A stretch of 64,000 bases of DNA from an uncultured Candidatus Saccharibacteria bacterium (GCA_964409035.1 CAYPBQ010000002.1:11192-75191); one strand, 5' to 3'. Shown: positions 30,697 through 41,402, counted from the stretch's first letter. Made by a program: numbers and translations. Notes: a model not told the origin generated them from the letters alone.

Positions 30697-31459
30697 TGAT
30701 AGAGAAAAATAACACTAGTAGAAATCCAATCGCGAGAAATGGTGCGAACGGTACTTCACTATGTATTGTAAGTGAGTTCCTCATAAACTGAAAGCCATAA
30801 CGCTTAATAAGTAAAAGCGCCACACTTACCACCGCCCCAATCCAGAAGGCAAGCATAAATGAAGAAAGCGCGCCCACAATACCAAGAAACCACCCAATAC
30901 CAAGTGCAAGTTTTGCATCAGCAAAGCCAATCCACGCACCCTTTGATATGACCCACAGCGCCGCAAATGGAAATGCGGCAAGTGCGCCACTAAGTAGTAG
31001 TAGTGGATCAGGGTGCATCACTAGACTTCCCTCTTCTATATACACAGATGCAAGCGCTAACACATTAAAGGTATAAACAAATGCATCTGGGATAATTTTG
31101 TGCCGTATGTCGTACACCACTATCGCAACAAGTGCTGAAAGTGCAGCAACCAGAATACCTCCATCAATGAGATTATTTGTAATAAACGGAACAGATGCAA
31201 ACAACACTCCCGTTATAATCTCAACAAGTAGGTATTGTATTGATAGGGCTTTTTTGCACGTACGACACCTCCCTCGCAAAAATAGGTAAGAAAAAAGCGG
31301 CACTAGCTCATATGCCTGAAGTGTACGCATACAATGCGGACAATGTGACCTGCCGGTTATTTTTTCTCCTTTTTCAAAGCGTAGTACCAGCACATTGATA
31401 AAACTCCCAATACTCACGCCAAGGAGGAATAAAAATCCAATTACCACTTCAAATTCCAT
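30662..31459 (-). CDS. pilD: Prepilin peptidase (A24 family) / N-methyltransferase
   Basis: N-terminal Cys tetrad (CPHC...CRTC) and a polytopic A24 peptidase domain. Confidence 0.85.
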   Translation of the reverse strand: MEFEVVIGFLFLLGVSIGSFINVLVLRFEKGEKITGRSHCPHCMRTLQAYELVPLFSYLFLRGRCRTCKKALSIQYLLVEIITGVLFASVPFITNNLIDGGILVAALSALVAIVVYDIRHKIIPDAFVYTFNVLALASVYIEEGSLVMHPDPLLLLSGALAAFPFAALWVISKGAWIGFADAKLALGIGWFLGIVGALSSFMLAFWIGAVVSVALLLIKRYGFQFMRNSLTIHSEVPFAPFLAIGFLLVLFFSINAFTLPTLLFI

Positions 31460-31532
31460 ATGTACAATAATAACACAAAAGCCCTCAATGAATTTTCATG
31501 AGGGCTTTTGTAACTTGTGTGTAGTGTAGAAA

Positions 31533-31970
31533 CTACGGTCTTACACAGAAACCAGGGTCAGCACAGTTTATTGATCCAGCTGTACCAGTATCTATATCAT
31601 TTGCCACTGCTGGGCTTCCAGCATTCTCAAGTGTCGCACCAAGTACGTATGTTGAGTATGGAGACGCTGATGTATAACCATATGCAGCACGTGTAGTTGG
31701 GTCAGTAGGAATAGTACTGATGAAGGTACCAAGCGTTGTTCCTGAAGGACATCCGTTTGCTGTACCGACTGCAACCGTGCTTGGATATGCTCCGCAAGAA
31801 TCGAAGTATAGCTCAAACGCGAGTTGGAGCTGCTTGATGTCTGTAACGCGTGTAGCATCCCTACCCTTTGATCTTGCGCTATTTAGTGACGCCAACACTA
31901 CGCTAGATAGAATTCCGATAATCGCGATCACCACCAAGAGCTCGATGAGGGTAAATCCTTTTTGCTTCAT
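31533..31970 (-). CDS. pilA: Type IVa major pilin
   Basis: MKQKGFTLIELLVVIAIIGILSSVV with a canonical G/FTLIE processing site. Confidence 0.85.
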   Translation of the reverse strand: MKQKGFTLIELLVVIAIIGILSSVVLASLNSARSKGRDATRVTDIKQLQLAFELYFDSCGAYPSTVAVGTANGCPSGTTLGTFISTIPTDPTTRAAYGYTSASPYSTYVLGATLENAGSPAVANDIDTGTAGSINCADPGFCVRP

Positions 31971-32000
31971 AAAATATTTACTAAAATAATACTAATAATA

Positions 32001-32513
32001 CTAATCGCAGTCGGTCGAGATACTGCCAGAAGGACCTTCTAGGCTATGCATACCGGAGGAAAGTCCACCGGATCCGACTTCGAGATAGAAACACACCTGA
32101 TAGTCCTCTGAGGTAGCACCCGCATCCCCATCAGCTGTACTAATAGAGTACTGACACTGTGCAGTACCGCCGCTTTCACACGCAGTAGTACCAACAGGAT
32201 CAGTATATCGTGAAAGTTCTGAGAAATTACCAGGGCCAGTACATGCAGTGAGCATATCGTCCGCATCATCACATCCCTCAATTTCAACAGCAGCATCATC
32301 TGAGGTAATAGACATTACCTTAGCAATCTCGCGCATGTCTGCCATACGAGTTGCGTCGCGAGCCTTTGCTCGGGCGCTATTGAGTGAGGCAAGTACCACA
32401 CTAGAGAGGATACCAATAATCGCAATCACTACCAAAAGCTCAATAAGGGTGAAGCCTTTGTTGGCTTTCTTAGAAAATTCCACTGAAGCACTTCGCCCTG
32501 TGGTTGTATTCAT
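32001..32513 (-). CDS. Type IVa pilin (second paralog)
   Basis: KGFTLIELLVVIAIIGILSSVVLASLNSAR. The N-terminus is nearly identical to pilA. Divergent Cys-containing C-terminus. Confidence 0.8.
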   Translation of the reverse strand: MNTTTGRSASVEFSKKANKGFTLIELLVVIAIIGILSSVVLASLNSARAKARDATRMADMREIAKVMSITSDDAAVEIEGCDDADDMLTACTGPGNFSELSRYTDPVGTTACESGGTAQCQYSISTADGDAGATSEDYQVCFYLEVGSGGLSSGMHSLEGPSGSISTDCD

Positions 32514-32621
32514 AATGTATAATACTCTACAAATTTATTCTCTATTAGTAAAAACTCTTTACTTCATTAGTATACAAGGAATATTTTTTTTACTTAGTGC
32601 CGTATGTGGATAACTTTTACG

Positions 32622-33827
32622 CTACACACCAGTAGAAACGTTATAGATAGGGATAAGCACAGATGCAAGAAGTACTCCTACTCCTAGTCCAAGAAGTACG
32701 ATCATGGCTGGCTCAATAAGATCAACTAGCGCATCTACGGCGTTTTTAACCTCACGCTGATAGAAGCTAGCAAGTGTCTTTAATATTTTACCAAGCTCTC
32801 CTGACTCCTCACCCACACGGACCATACCCACCACAATACTAGGTATTTCGTCATACTGCCCTATTGCCTTTGATAGTGCATTACCATTTTTTACCATTGT
32901 CATTGACTCTTTAAGAATGTGCTCGTAGATAACATTGTCTATAGTGTCAGCAGTAATTTCAATAGCCCGAACCATGGGGATACCGCTTGAAAGCATTGTT
33001 GAGAGGTTGTCTGAAAAGCGAGCGAGGTATAATTTCCTATACAAACTACCGAAGTAAGGAGTTCCAAGCTTAATGGAGTCAACCGCATGTCTTCCAGAAT
33101 CTGTTTTTGCGTACCTCCAGAAGAAAAATCCACCTACGGCAAGCCCGATAAAAATAAACACTCCATAGCTCACAAAGAATCCCGAAAGCGCGAGTACCAC
33201 CTTGGTATAGAGAGGTATTTCTTGTCCTGAATCAACCAAAATCTGACCGATACGAGGAATAACATAGGTAAGCATGAGCACCATCACGGCAATAAAGGTC
33301 GCAATAACGAACGCAGGATATATAAGGGCGCTTTTAGCCTTTGAGGTAAGCTCATAGGTTCTATCAAGATAGTCCGCAAGATACATGAAAGTTTCATCTA
33401 GCTTTCCAGTCTCTTCTCCTGCCTTTACCATGTTTACATAAAAAAGACTGAATGCATTTGGATGCTTTGAGAGCGCCTTTGATATTGATGATCCAGACTG
33501 AAGATCATCAGCAACCTCCATAAGTACCCTTTGGAGAGACTCGTTAGTACTTTCAATTGCAAGCAGTCTGAAGACTCGAAGCGCAGAAACTTGCGCCTCA
33601 AAGAGTGTGGCTATCTGCCTGGAAATAATAACAATGTCCTTATTTGATACTCCACTAAAAAAATCAACTTTAAACTCAAATACACTTTTTGCTTCAGCAG
33701 ATTCTATGGAAGAGATGACAAGATCACGTCGTTGCAGTGATGCAATAGCAACATCCTCATTGATTGCATCAATGGTTCCTTCTCGCTCCTTTCCTTCTTT
33801 ATCTACTGCTTGATATGAAAATAACAT
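32622..33827 (-). CDS. pilC: Type IV pilus platform protein (GspF/T2SSF family)
   Basis: Two T2SSF repeats with the characteristic three-TM topology. Confidence 0.9.
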   Translation of the reverse strand: MLFSYQAVDKEGKEREGTIDAINEDVAIASLQRRDLVISSIESAEAKSVFEFKVDFFSGVSNKDIVIISRQIATLFEAQVSALRVFRLLAIESTNESLQRVLMEVADDLQSGSSISKALSKHPNAFSLFYVNMVKAGEETGKLDETFMYLADYLDRTYELTSKAKSALIYPAFVIATFIAVMVLMLTYVIPRIGQILVDSGQEIPLYTKVVLALSGFFVSYGVFIFIGLAVGGFFFWRYAKTDSGRHAVDSIKLGTPYFGSLYRKLYLARFSDNLSTMLSSGIPMVRAIEITADTIDNVIYEHILKESMTMVKNGNALSKAIGQYDEIPSIVVGMVRVGEESGELGKILKTLASFYQREVKNAVDALVDLIEPAMIVLLGLGVGVLLASVLIPIYNVSTGV

Positions 33828-33834
33828 AATATGG

Positions 33835-34938
33835 TTATAGCATTCCCTCTAGGAGTTTTGGATTAATAGAGTGTCGATACGCATTCTCAACGGTAATTTC
33901 ACCCTTTCGTACTAAATCCGCAAGCGATCTATTCATGGTTATCATGCCTTGATCGGATGATGTCTCAATCACCGTATTAAGCTCGTGCGTCCTTCTCTCT
34001 CTAATTAGATTGGCAATGGCGCTATTGTTGATGAGCAGTTCGCACGCTGGGATAAGTCCTCCTGCTATGCGTGGCACTAGGCGCTGCGAGAATATACCAA
34101 GCAAGCTGGCTGCAAGCTGAGTTCTGATTTGATCTTGCTGCCCACCCGGAAATGAATCGATTATGCGGTCTATTGTTTGTGCTGCATTGTTGGTATGGAG
34201 CGTTGAGAGTACAAGATGTCCAGTTTCTGCTGCAGTAACCGCGGTACCGATAGTCTCAGCATCACGCATCTCTCCTACCAAAATAACATTAACGTCTTGT
34301 CTGAAGCTTGATACTAGTGCTGTTTTAAAGTCGCGGGTATCTATACCGACTTCACGCTGATCTATAATTGACTGCTTTTGTTGATATACATACTCAATTG
34401 GATCCTCAATGGTGACAATGTGCTCTGATCGCGTTGCGTTGATAAGATCAACCATTGCTGCAAGTGTGGTTGATTTACCCTGACCAACTGGCCCCACCAC
34501 CAAAAAGAACCCCTGCTCCTTATTCGCAAATGTTTCGAGTATTGGAGGAAGACCTAATTCGCTAATTGATTTTATTTCTGATGGGATAAGACGTAGCGCA
34601 ATTGAAACCGCCCCCTGCTGTACTGAGGCATTTCCTCTAAAACGTGTTGCGGATTTATATGTGTAAGAAAAATCAATTTCTTGATCGGAAACAAATGTCT
34701 CAAATTGCTTAGGTAATACAAGCTCTTTAAGAAATCCAAGAGTATCCTCTGGAGTAAGTACATCCATTTTTACAAGTGGAATAAGTGACCCAGACACACG
34801 TATAGAAGGTTGATACCCGACAGATAAATGTAAGTCAGATGCCCCTTCAACCATGGTGGTCTCAACAAGAGATACAAGAGTACGCTTGTAGTCTTTTTTC
34901 TTTAATCCAACTAGTTCAAGTGCTCCTTTAGGTTCCAT
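33835..34938 (-). CDS. pilT: Twitching-motility / pilus retraction ATPase
   Basis: 367 aa. GPVGQGKSTT Walker A, Asp box and His box of the PilT/GspE superfamily without the N-terminal GSPII_E_N extension. Confidence 0.85.
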   Translation of the reverse strand: MEPKGALELVGLKKKDYKRTLVSLVETTMVEGASDLHLSVGYQPSIRVSGSLIPLVKMDVLTPEDTLGFLKELVLPKQFETFVSDQEIDFSYTYKSATRFRGNASVQQGAVSIALRLIPSEIKSISELGLPPILETFANKEQGFFLVVGPVGQGKSTTLAAMVDLINATRSEHIVTIEDPIEYVYQQKQSIIDQREVGIDTRDFKTALVSSFRQDVNVILVGEMRDAETIGTAVTAAETGHLVLSTLHTNNAAQTIDRIIDSFPGGQQDQIRTQLAASLLGIFSQRLVPRIAGGLIPACELLINNSAIANLIRERRTHELNTVIETSSDQGMITMNRSLADLVRKGEITVENAYRHSINPKLLEGML

Positions 34939-34953
34939 AGAATAACTATACCA

Positions 34954-35355
34954 CTAGCTATGCTTTTTCTTATACACTTCAAGCACCTTTGCAAGAACTT
35001 CTGATGGTACTGAGTTTGCCTTTATGATGTAACCGTCTGCACCTAATTTTTCTGCCTTCTCGATATCTGACTCCTGCCCTTGGTTTGATAACATTATTAT
35101 AACTGGATTGCCTCCTAATTTTTCTGCCTTTACAGTCTCAAGAATCTTTAGCCCATCAACTTCTGGCATCACCACATCAAGAATGAGTGCGTCTGCGACA
35201 AAACCATCACGAAGCTTTTCAAGTACCTGCACACTATCAAGACAGCCCTCAACTTCAATCCCCGCTTCTTTAAACTTAATGCTATACATTTCAAGTAGAA
35301 ATTGATCATCATCTACTACAAGAATCTTTTTTGGTTTTATATCTGTATCTGTCAT
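34954..35355 (-). CDS. Single-domain response regulator (CheY-like receiver) embedded in the pil locus
   Basis: DDD acidic pocket (VVDDDQ), phospho-acceptor Asp (ILDVVMP), conserved T and K. Confidence 0.8.
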   Translation of the reverse strand: MTDTDIKPKKILVVDDDQFLLEMYSIKFKEAGIEVEGCLDSVQVLEKLRDGFVADALILDVVMPEVDGLKILETVKAEKLGGNPVIIMLSNQGQESDIEKAEKLGADGYIIKANSVPSEVLAKVLEVYKKKHS

Positions 35356-35360
35356 AGGTA

Positions 35361-37172
35361 TTATTGTGTTTCCACTTCTTCAGGTAATGCCGCGGTAGAT
35401 GGGGTTGCCAGATTTTCAATATCAGGAGTATCGTCTGACAGTATTCCACCGAGCGTATTTATTTCTTCAAACGGAATAATCTTTTCGAACGCTTTTAATA
35501 TAGCATCCTCTTTCATGGTAAGCATGCCCGAGCCTCTGGCAATTTTCCATATTTCTTGCTCATTAGCACTTGAAAGAATGGCGTGTTCAATATCATGACT
35601 CATAGGTAGTAATTCATACACACCAACTCTACCCCTCGTACCGCTTGGACAATCGCCTGATGGGTCTATTCCCCACATTGATTTACCAGTTGGGATAGTA
35701 GATCGATACTTTTCAGGTAAATCTTCAAATTGCTTATCAATCATCATCTTGATACTTCCTTCAATTGGCATTTCTTTGCCGGTACCTGGGCATAGCCTGC
35801 GTACCAATCGCTGTCCAATCACAAGCTGAAGTGTAGGAGCAATAAGGTAGGGATCTACTCCCATATCAATAAGACGTGGAATAACTCCTATGGCGCTATT
35901 GGTGTGAATGGTAGAAAACACTAGGTGTCCAGTAAGTGATGCCTGTACCGCAAGTTGGGCGGTTTCTTTATCGCGGATCTCTCCTACCATAATAATGTCT
36001 GGGTCCTGACGAAGGATAGAACGAAGTCCTGATGCGAATGTATAGCCAATCTCTGGACGTACTTGCGATTGACTTACCCCCTCGATGTTATATTCAACTG
36101 GATCTTCTAGTGAGAGCACGTTTTGCGTTTCTCTATCTACATTCCATAGCATCGCCTGAAGTGAGGTAGACTTTCCTGATCCAGTCGGGCCCGTAATAAG
36201 AATGAGTCCGTACGGCTTATCAATCGCCTCTCGAATGATGCTTAGCTGCGATGGATTAAATCCAAGAGACTCAATAGGCTTTGCTCCTGTCTCTCTATCG
36301 AGAATACGCATCACCACCTTTTCGCCGTATACCGCAGGAAATGTAGAGACACGGAAGTCAATTTTTCTATTACTGATAGTTGCTGAAAATCTTCCGTCTT
36401 GAGGTTTTCGCTTTTCATCAAGCTTCATGGAAGCAAGAATTTTGATACGAGCAACAACGGCACGATGCACCTTTGGAGGAAGCACAATAGAGGTGTATAG
36501 CACACCATCAAGCCTAAAACGTACTCGTACTCGCTCGCCGGTGTGTTCGATATGAATATCTGACGCCTTTCCTTCAACTGCATTTCGCAGCAGAGTTGCA
36601 ACAATTTTGGTTACCGGCGCATCTTCTTTAATTGCATCCAATTTATCGCCCTTTTCTATTGTTGGTGCCTGATCAAGGTTATGCTCTTCTTGGTCACCTT
36701 TAAGTTCGGTCTCAAGATCATCAAGCGCCTTCCCCACCGTACCAGAGAGACCCTTGTACATGTCCATTACCTTTTGGTAATCAGTCTGTCCAATCAAAAA
36801 TATTTTGTACGGCATGTTCACCTTCGCAGAGATAAAGTTAAGCGCATCAAGTGCTTCAATATTCTCAGGATCAAGCATGCCAATCTCAAGCACACCCTCT
36901 GCTACCCCCAAAGGAACAAGTCGATAGTGCGCCGCAGACTCTTCAGGTATGTACTGCAACACTTCGTACGGGATAAGTGTATCCTGTCTAATCTCGCGTT
37001 GAGGAAGCTCATAATGCGAGCCCTTTGCATTCAAAATATCCGTAGCAGATATTCCACGTTTTATGAGTAGATCTTCTATTGGTTCACCAGTTGATCGTGA
37101 CTCACCATCAATAGAAGCCACATCAGCTTCATCGATAATGCCTTTTTCTTTTAAGAGCTCAAGTACATTCAT
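35361..37172 (-). CDS. pilB: Type IV pilus assembly (extension) ATPase
   Basis: N-terminal GSPII_E_N repeats. GPTGSGKST Walker A and a tetracysteine-like region (CPGTG...C..C). Confidence 0.9.
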   Translation of the reverse strand: MNVLELLKEKGIIDEADVASIDGESRSTGEPIEDLLIKRGISATDILNAKGSHYELPQREIRQDTLIPYEVLQYIPEESAAHYRLVPLGVAEGVLEIGMLDPENIEALDALNFISAKVNMPYKIFLIGQTDYQKVMDMYKGLSGTVGKALDDLETELKGDQEEHNLDQAPTIEKGDKLDAIKEDAPVTKIVATLLRNAVEGKASDIHIEHTGERVRVRFRLDGVLYTSIVLPPKVHRAVVARIKILASMKLDEKRKPQDGRFSATISNRKIDFRVSTFPAVYGEKVVMRILDRETGAKPIESLGFNPSQLSIIREAIDKPYGLILITGPTGSGKSTSLQAMLWNVDRETQNVLSLEDPVEYNIEGVSQSQVRPEIGYTFASGLRSILRQDPDIIMVGEIRDKETAQLAVQASLTGHLVFSTIHTNSAIGVIPRLIDMGVDPYLIAPTLQLVIGQRLVRRLCPGTGKEMPIEGSIKMMIDKQFEDLPEKYRSTIPTGKSMWGIDPSGDCPSGTRGRVGVYELLPMSHDIEHAILSSANEQEIWKIARGSGMLTMKEDAILKAFEKIIPFEEINTLGGILSDDTPDIENLATPSTAALPEEVETQ

Positions 37173-37222
37173 ACTAGCGTTACCATTAGTATACTACGAG
37201 CACACAAAAGAGTTATGCAATA

Positions 37223-37600
37223 TTACCTAGCCCTACCTGGACTAAAGACATTATTAGAGTTGCTCTGCGCTTGCACTTGTCCACTTATCGGTGCAAATGG
37301 GTTTGGTCGTCCAATTTTTTGTGGCTCAATTTTTTGTGTCATGTCAACAAGCACCCGAAGAGCTGGGTCTTGAAACACACTTGCGTCGAGTCTGATTCTT
37401 TGAAGTTGAAGCAGCTCATTTAATAGCTCTTGCTCTAGTACTGCAGCGGTTCCTCCCCCTGCTACTAATGCTGGATTAGCGACAGCCGCGCTCGATGAGA
37501 AAAATGTCGCATATACATAGTAACCACCTGCTAGCACGAGTATGAGTATGAGTATTCCTTTATACGCAAGAAGTTTTTGTAACATAATTATGGAAGCCAA
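37223..37600 (-). CDS. Pilus assembly accessory protein (PilP-like?), hypothetical
   Basis: N-terminal TM and Ala/Gln-rich periplasmic segment. Position after pilO. Confidence 0.3.
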   Translation of the reverse strand: MASIIMLQKLLAYKGILILILVLAGGYYVYATFFSSSAAVANPALVAGGGTAAVLEQELLNELLQLQRIRLDASVFQDPALRVLVDMTQKIEPQKIGRPNPFAPISGQVQAQSNSNNVFSPGRAR

Positions 37601-38256
37601 TATGTATTTATACCGATATCGTAGGTGTAGGTAGTAGAGCCAGAATCACTTGAAGGATCAATACTTAAACTTGTGATGTCTACAATTCTCAAACTTCTCT
37701 CAAGATCATTCATGAAAGAAATAAACTCTTCGTAAGTAGCTTCAACAGTAAATGTCATACCAACTGAGCGATATACCGGGGCTGGGCCTGCTGGCGCGCC
37801 TGTAGTTACCATGCCATCACTAAATCCTGCACCACCTACACCAGAGGCATCAGGGGCAAATCCAGCAGGCGCTCCAACTTGTTGAGTTGGTGCAGGGGTT
37901 CCACTTTGCGCTGTGCTTCCCTCAGATTCACTGCTATCTCCGCTAAATCCAAAGTCATCTAGTGTGAGTCCGTGCTGTTTAGCAATACTCTCTATATCAA
38001 GAATTAGTCGAACATTATCTATTTGATCAGGAAGCATTTTTTGTAGACGCTCCAAATCAGTATCATTAAATGTATTGTATCGTGAAAGGAGTTCGTCTCT
38101 TGCAGATTGAAGCTCTTTTGCTTTGGTGAGTGCTTGATCGTAACGATCATTCTCTGCTATAAGCGCTTGCACACTTTTGTAGGTAGGATCGACGTACGTA
38201 AAAAATAATCCGCCGGCAACAAGTATGAAAAATATTGGCATGAATACTCCGGACAT
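37588..38256 (-). CDS. pilO: PilO-like pilus assembly protein
   Basis: N-terminal TM, coiled coil and a ferredoxin-like C-terminus. Sits in the pilM-N-O order. Confidence 0.5.
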   Translation of the reverse strand: MSGVFMPIFFILVAGGLFFTYVDPTYKSVQALIAENDRYDQALTKAKELQSARDELLSRYNTFNDTDLERLQKMLPDQIDNVRLILDIESIAKQHGLTLDDFGFSGDSSESEGSTAQSGTPAPTQQVGAPAGFAPDASGVGGAGFSDGMVTTGAPAGPAPVYRSVGMTFTVEATYEEFISFMNDLERSLRIVDITSLSIDPSSDSGSTTYTYDIGINTYWLP

Positions 38257-38303
38257 ACTAGTGTTGTGAGGCTATTATATTGTTGATAAGTGTATGCATG
38301 GTA

Positions 38304-39029
38304 TTAAAATCCGAAATCATCGATGTTAAGATCATCAACATTTGCATCACCAGCATCCAAAAGCGCGTCATTAGGATTAAATGTTGCGTCAGCTGCAGAC
38401 GCAGGCATTGATGACTCAACTCCAGCCAGCGCCTCAAATAGGGCTAGGTTCTTTATAAAGGAAACAGTCTGCGGTTCAAGAGAGGCTTTGAATGCAAAAG
38501 TGATGGTACCGTCATTTGAATCAAGATCGCTCACCACTGGCTCGATGAGGAAATTATTTTCACCATATGCATCTGACTGTAGTGCTACCGCCTCAAAATT
38601 TGTAGCGATTCCTGCCATGCTTATGGTTGGAAATCCGTTATCGTTAGAGTAATCAAATGAATCGTACCGCACTGACTCAAGCGTTACCTGCTCGAGTATG
38701 CCAAATATCGCTGATGGAGCGACGTGCATTTCAAGGATTTCTTTAGCTGCCTGTATGCGTGTATCAAGACGAGTAAGCTCTCTAATAAGCGCAGGTTGAA
38801 ATGCATCACGCGCACGCTCTAGTGTGTCCTTCTTTGTGGCTATGCTCTCTGTAAGGTATCGCTCATAAAGAAACAATCCCGCAGAAAGACCTACCGCAGC
38901 AAGAAAAACAATAAGACTGATAAATGAACCTAGCCCTAGTCCTACCCTCTTGCGAGGCGTGCGCTGAGGGGCAACTGATGACTCGAGTGATTGCTTCGGT
39001 ATAAATGATGTCTTGAATTTTGGCTCCAC
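38304..39029 (-). CDS. pilN: PilN-like pilus assembly protein
   Basis: Short cytoplasmic N-terminus, TM and a periplasmic domain. Immediately downstream of pilM. Confidence 0.5.
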   Translation of the reverse strand: MEPKFKTSFIPKQSLESSVAPQRTPRKRVGLGLGSFISLIVFLAAVGLSAGLFLYERYLTESIATKKDTLERARDAFQPALIRELTRLDTRIQAAKEILEMHVAPSAIFGILEQVTLESVRYDSFDYSNDNGFPTISMAGIATNFEAVALQSDAYGENNFLIEPVVSDLDSNDGTITFAFKASLEPQTVSFIKNLALFEALAGVESSMPASAADATFNPNDALLDAGDANVDDLNIDDFGF

Positions 39030-39092
39030 AGTAATTGTAGTATACGCTAGGAGTGGTAATTAACTATAAGCAACCTGTTGAAAACTTATTTG

Positions 39093-40289
39093 TTACTCTT
39101 CTTCTTGTAACTTGCGAAGCGCTAACCCTACCGCAACCGCAAAATCTGGACCTGCACCTTTTAACACCTCTTCAAGAAATGCCGGTGATTGAACTTTTTG
39201 AAATGGATCAGCAAGCACCACCTCCATATCAAAGCGTTCTGTCGCAAAACCCTTTAATCCCTGTATTGATGCTCCAGCTCCGGTAAACACAATTTTATTT
39301 ACATTTTTGTTATAGCGTTTTTGGTAGCTGAGGATAGATCGCTTTGCTTCAGAGAAAATAAATTCCATGGTGAGCTGTGCGGTTTGAGACACGCTCTTTC
39401 CTTCTATGCCTGTGCCGCCACCTAGTAAGCCTAAGTCTCGTTTCATTTTTTCTGCTTTATCAATAGGAACCCCCAATGAACGAGAGAGTGAAAGAGTGAT
39501 GTCTTGGGATCCTTTGCTAATGATATGTGACACACGCACAATGCCATATTCAACAACATAGAGTTTGGTTGATGAGGCGCCAATATCTATAACTACAAAT
39601 GGCGCTGTCCCCCTATCCATCACCGCTCTAATAGAACTGAAAATTTCTATTTCAAAAAATGCTGGCTTTAATCCTGACAGGGTGAGTACCTCGGCGTACT
39701 TTCTAAGCATTTCGTTATGAATTGCAACAAGTAATACGGTAATGGTACTAGTAGGAGTTTTTGGCGCTTGCTCTTGAGGAGTAGCAGCAGCAGGTCCTGA
39801 GATTTGCTCAGCTTTTTGCTCTGGTGAATCCTTGGAAAAAAATCTTGCGTCATCATTTGGAATGACAAACCAGTCAAGTTGGACTTCTGTTATTGGAACC
39901 GGGATATACTTGCGCGCCTCAATAGGAATCATCTTTGCTAGCTGTGCCTGATCTAATGCTGGCATTTCAATAAGGGTGATAAGACTTGAAGCAAATGGGA
40001 TCGATACCCCGCAATCCATTGTGGTGACATTTGCCTCTTGCATCAAATCTTTAAGCGCCTCAGATAATTTATCAGCGGGTAGATTGGTTGAGCGGCCGGT
40101 TTCAAGTGAGGCATACGGACCTAATGCAATTTCTCCATAAGTCTCAAGTAGCGCCACCCCCTTCTCCTTTCTAAGTTGCACCACCTTTATAGAAGAATTT
40201 CCAATATCAACACCAAGCACGCTCTTTCCAGCTGAACTGAAAAGTCCCGTTCCAAGTGAACCCATTAATTTGGAAAACATTCCCGCCAT
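39093..40289 (-). CDS. pilM: Type IV pilus assembly ATPase-like protein PilM (actin-like fold)
   Basis: LGVDIGNSSIKVV phosphate-1 motif, VIDIGASSTK phosphate-2 motif. FtsA/PilM family. Confidence 0.85.
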   Translation of the reverse strand: MAGMFSKLMGSLGTGLFSSAGKSVLGVDIGNSSIKVVQLRKEKGVALLETYGEIALGPYASLETGRSTNLPADKLSEALKDLMQEANVTTMDCGVSIPFASSLITLIEMPALDQAQLAKMIPIEARKYIPVPITEVQLDWFVIPNDDARFFSKDSPEQKAEQISGPAAATPQEQAPKTPTSTITVLLVAIHNEMLRKYAEVLTLSGLKPAFFEIEIFSSIRAVMDRGTAPFVVIDIGASSTKLYVVEYGIVRVSHIISKGSQDITLSLSRSLGVPIDKAEKMKRDLGLLGGGTGIEGKSVSQTAQLTMEFIFSEAKRSILSYQKRYNKNVNKIVFTGAGASIQGLKGFATERFDMEVVLADPFQKVQSPAFLEEVLKGAGPDFAVAVGLALRKLQEEE

Positions 40290-40340
40290 TGTCGTATATA
40301 TGCCTTTTTAGTATAGCACCCTAAGGCTATTATAAGAGTA

Positions 40341-40994
40341 TTGATTGTTTATATGTATATAATAGAGCGACTACTTAGTATCCTATTCCCCTACTCAGAC
40401 AAGGTGGCGCATGTAACTAGCATGCCACTTGAAGTGCTCTTTAGTAAAATTATCCCACGCATAATTGAGGATAAGACTTGTATTTCTTTCTACTCATACC
40501 ACGACCCATTAGTACGCGCGCTAGTGTATGCAGCAAAGTTTGAAGGCTCAAAAGAGGCTGCGTATCGTATCGCTCTTCTTATGAATGAAGCGCTGAAAGA
40601 AATATTGTTTGAAAAAACTCTATTTGACGGCATCAATGCTCCTTTAATAATACCAGTTCCTCTTGGTAAGGCTCGCATGAAAACACGAGGCTTTAACCAA
40701 GCGGAACGCATTGCGAACAATCTTTCACTATTTCTTCCTCAGTTGGGTACTGTTACCACAAATGTGCTTGTTCGCAATCGCGACACCAAGAAGCAGTCAC
40801 ACATAAGGAGTGAAGGCGCTCGAGCTGAAAATGTCCGTGAGGCATTTTCAATACCACTCAGAGAGCAAGTGCAAGGTAGACATGTTATACTCATCGATGA
40901 CGTTGTCTCAACAGGAAGCACTCTCAGTGAGTGCGGTAAGGTACTCAAAGAAGCTGGCGCTACGCTAGCAATAAGCATAGTTTTTGCACGGTGA
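40341..40994 (+). CDS. comFC: ComF family competence protein (phosphoribosyltransferase domain)
   Basis: PRTase motif VILIDDVVSTGSTL near the C-terminus. ComFC/GntX architecture. Confidence 0.75.
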   Translation: MIVYMYIIERLLSILFPYSDKVAHVTSMPLEVLFSKIIPRIIEDKTCISFYSYHDPLVRALVYAAKFEGSKEAAYRIALLMNEALKEILFEKTLFDGINAPLIIPVPLGKARMKTRGFNQAERIANNLSLFLPQLGTVTTNVLVRNRDTKKQSHIRSEGARAENVREAFSIPLREQVQGRHVILIDDVVSTGSTLSECGKVLKEAGATLAISIVFAR

Positions 40995-41003
40995 GCAATA
41001 CAG

Positions 41004-41402
41004 ATGCTAGGCATAATTAACCCACACCACTACATGCTACGCACATTACATACAACTCTCTCAACAAAAACCAAGATGGCAATAGGGCTACCACTTGTTG
41101 CGCTTATTCTTATCGGGTTGTCTATTCATACCTATTATGCGTGGCATGACAAGCAATACTTTGGTGAAATCGTACAAGTCACTGATACCTCCATTACCAT
41201 CTCTGATAAGCGAATCGGCACAAGGACATTAGAAATACATCCAGACACCATTATTAAAAAAGGAAGGGTGTCTGAGATAACCCTCGCAAAGGGTATGAGC
41301 GTAATCATTACTACAAGCAGGGGCGATAATCAGCACGCAAGCTTTATCCGCGTCGTCGAGCATTCGCCTCGCAAAAGTTCTCCTTTTGACGTCATCAATT
41401 AA
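41004..41402 (+). CDS. Hypothetical membrane-anchored protein
   Basis: ORF with an N-terminal TM. Start overlaps the end of comFC. Confidence 0.35.
   Translation: MLGIINPHHYMLRTLHTTLSTKTKMAIGLPLVALILIGLSIHTYYAWHDKQYFGEIVQVTDTSITISDKRIGTRTLEIHPDTIIKKGRVSEITLAKGMSVIITTSRGDNQHASFIRVVEHSPRKSSPFDVIN

Noticed and set aside
36681-37070. 129-aa ORF antisense to pilB
   Set aside because: It lies inside pilB on the opposite strand. Its basic low-complexity translation looks like an artefact.
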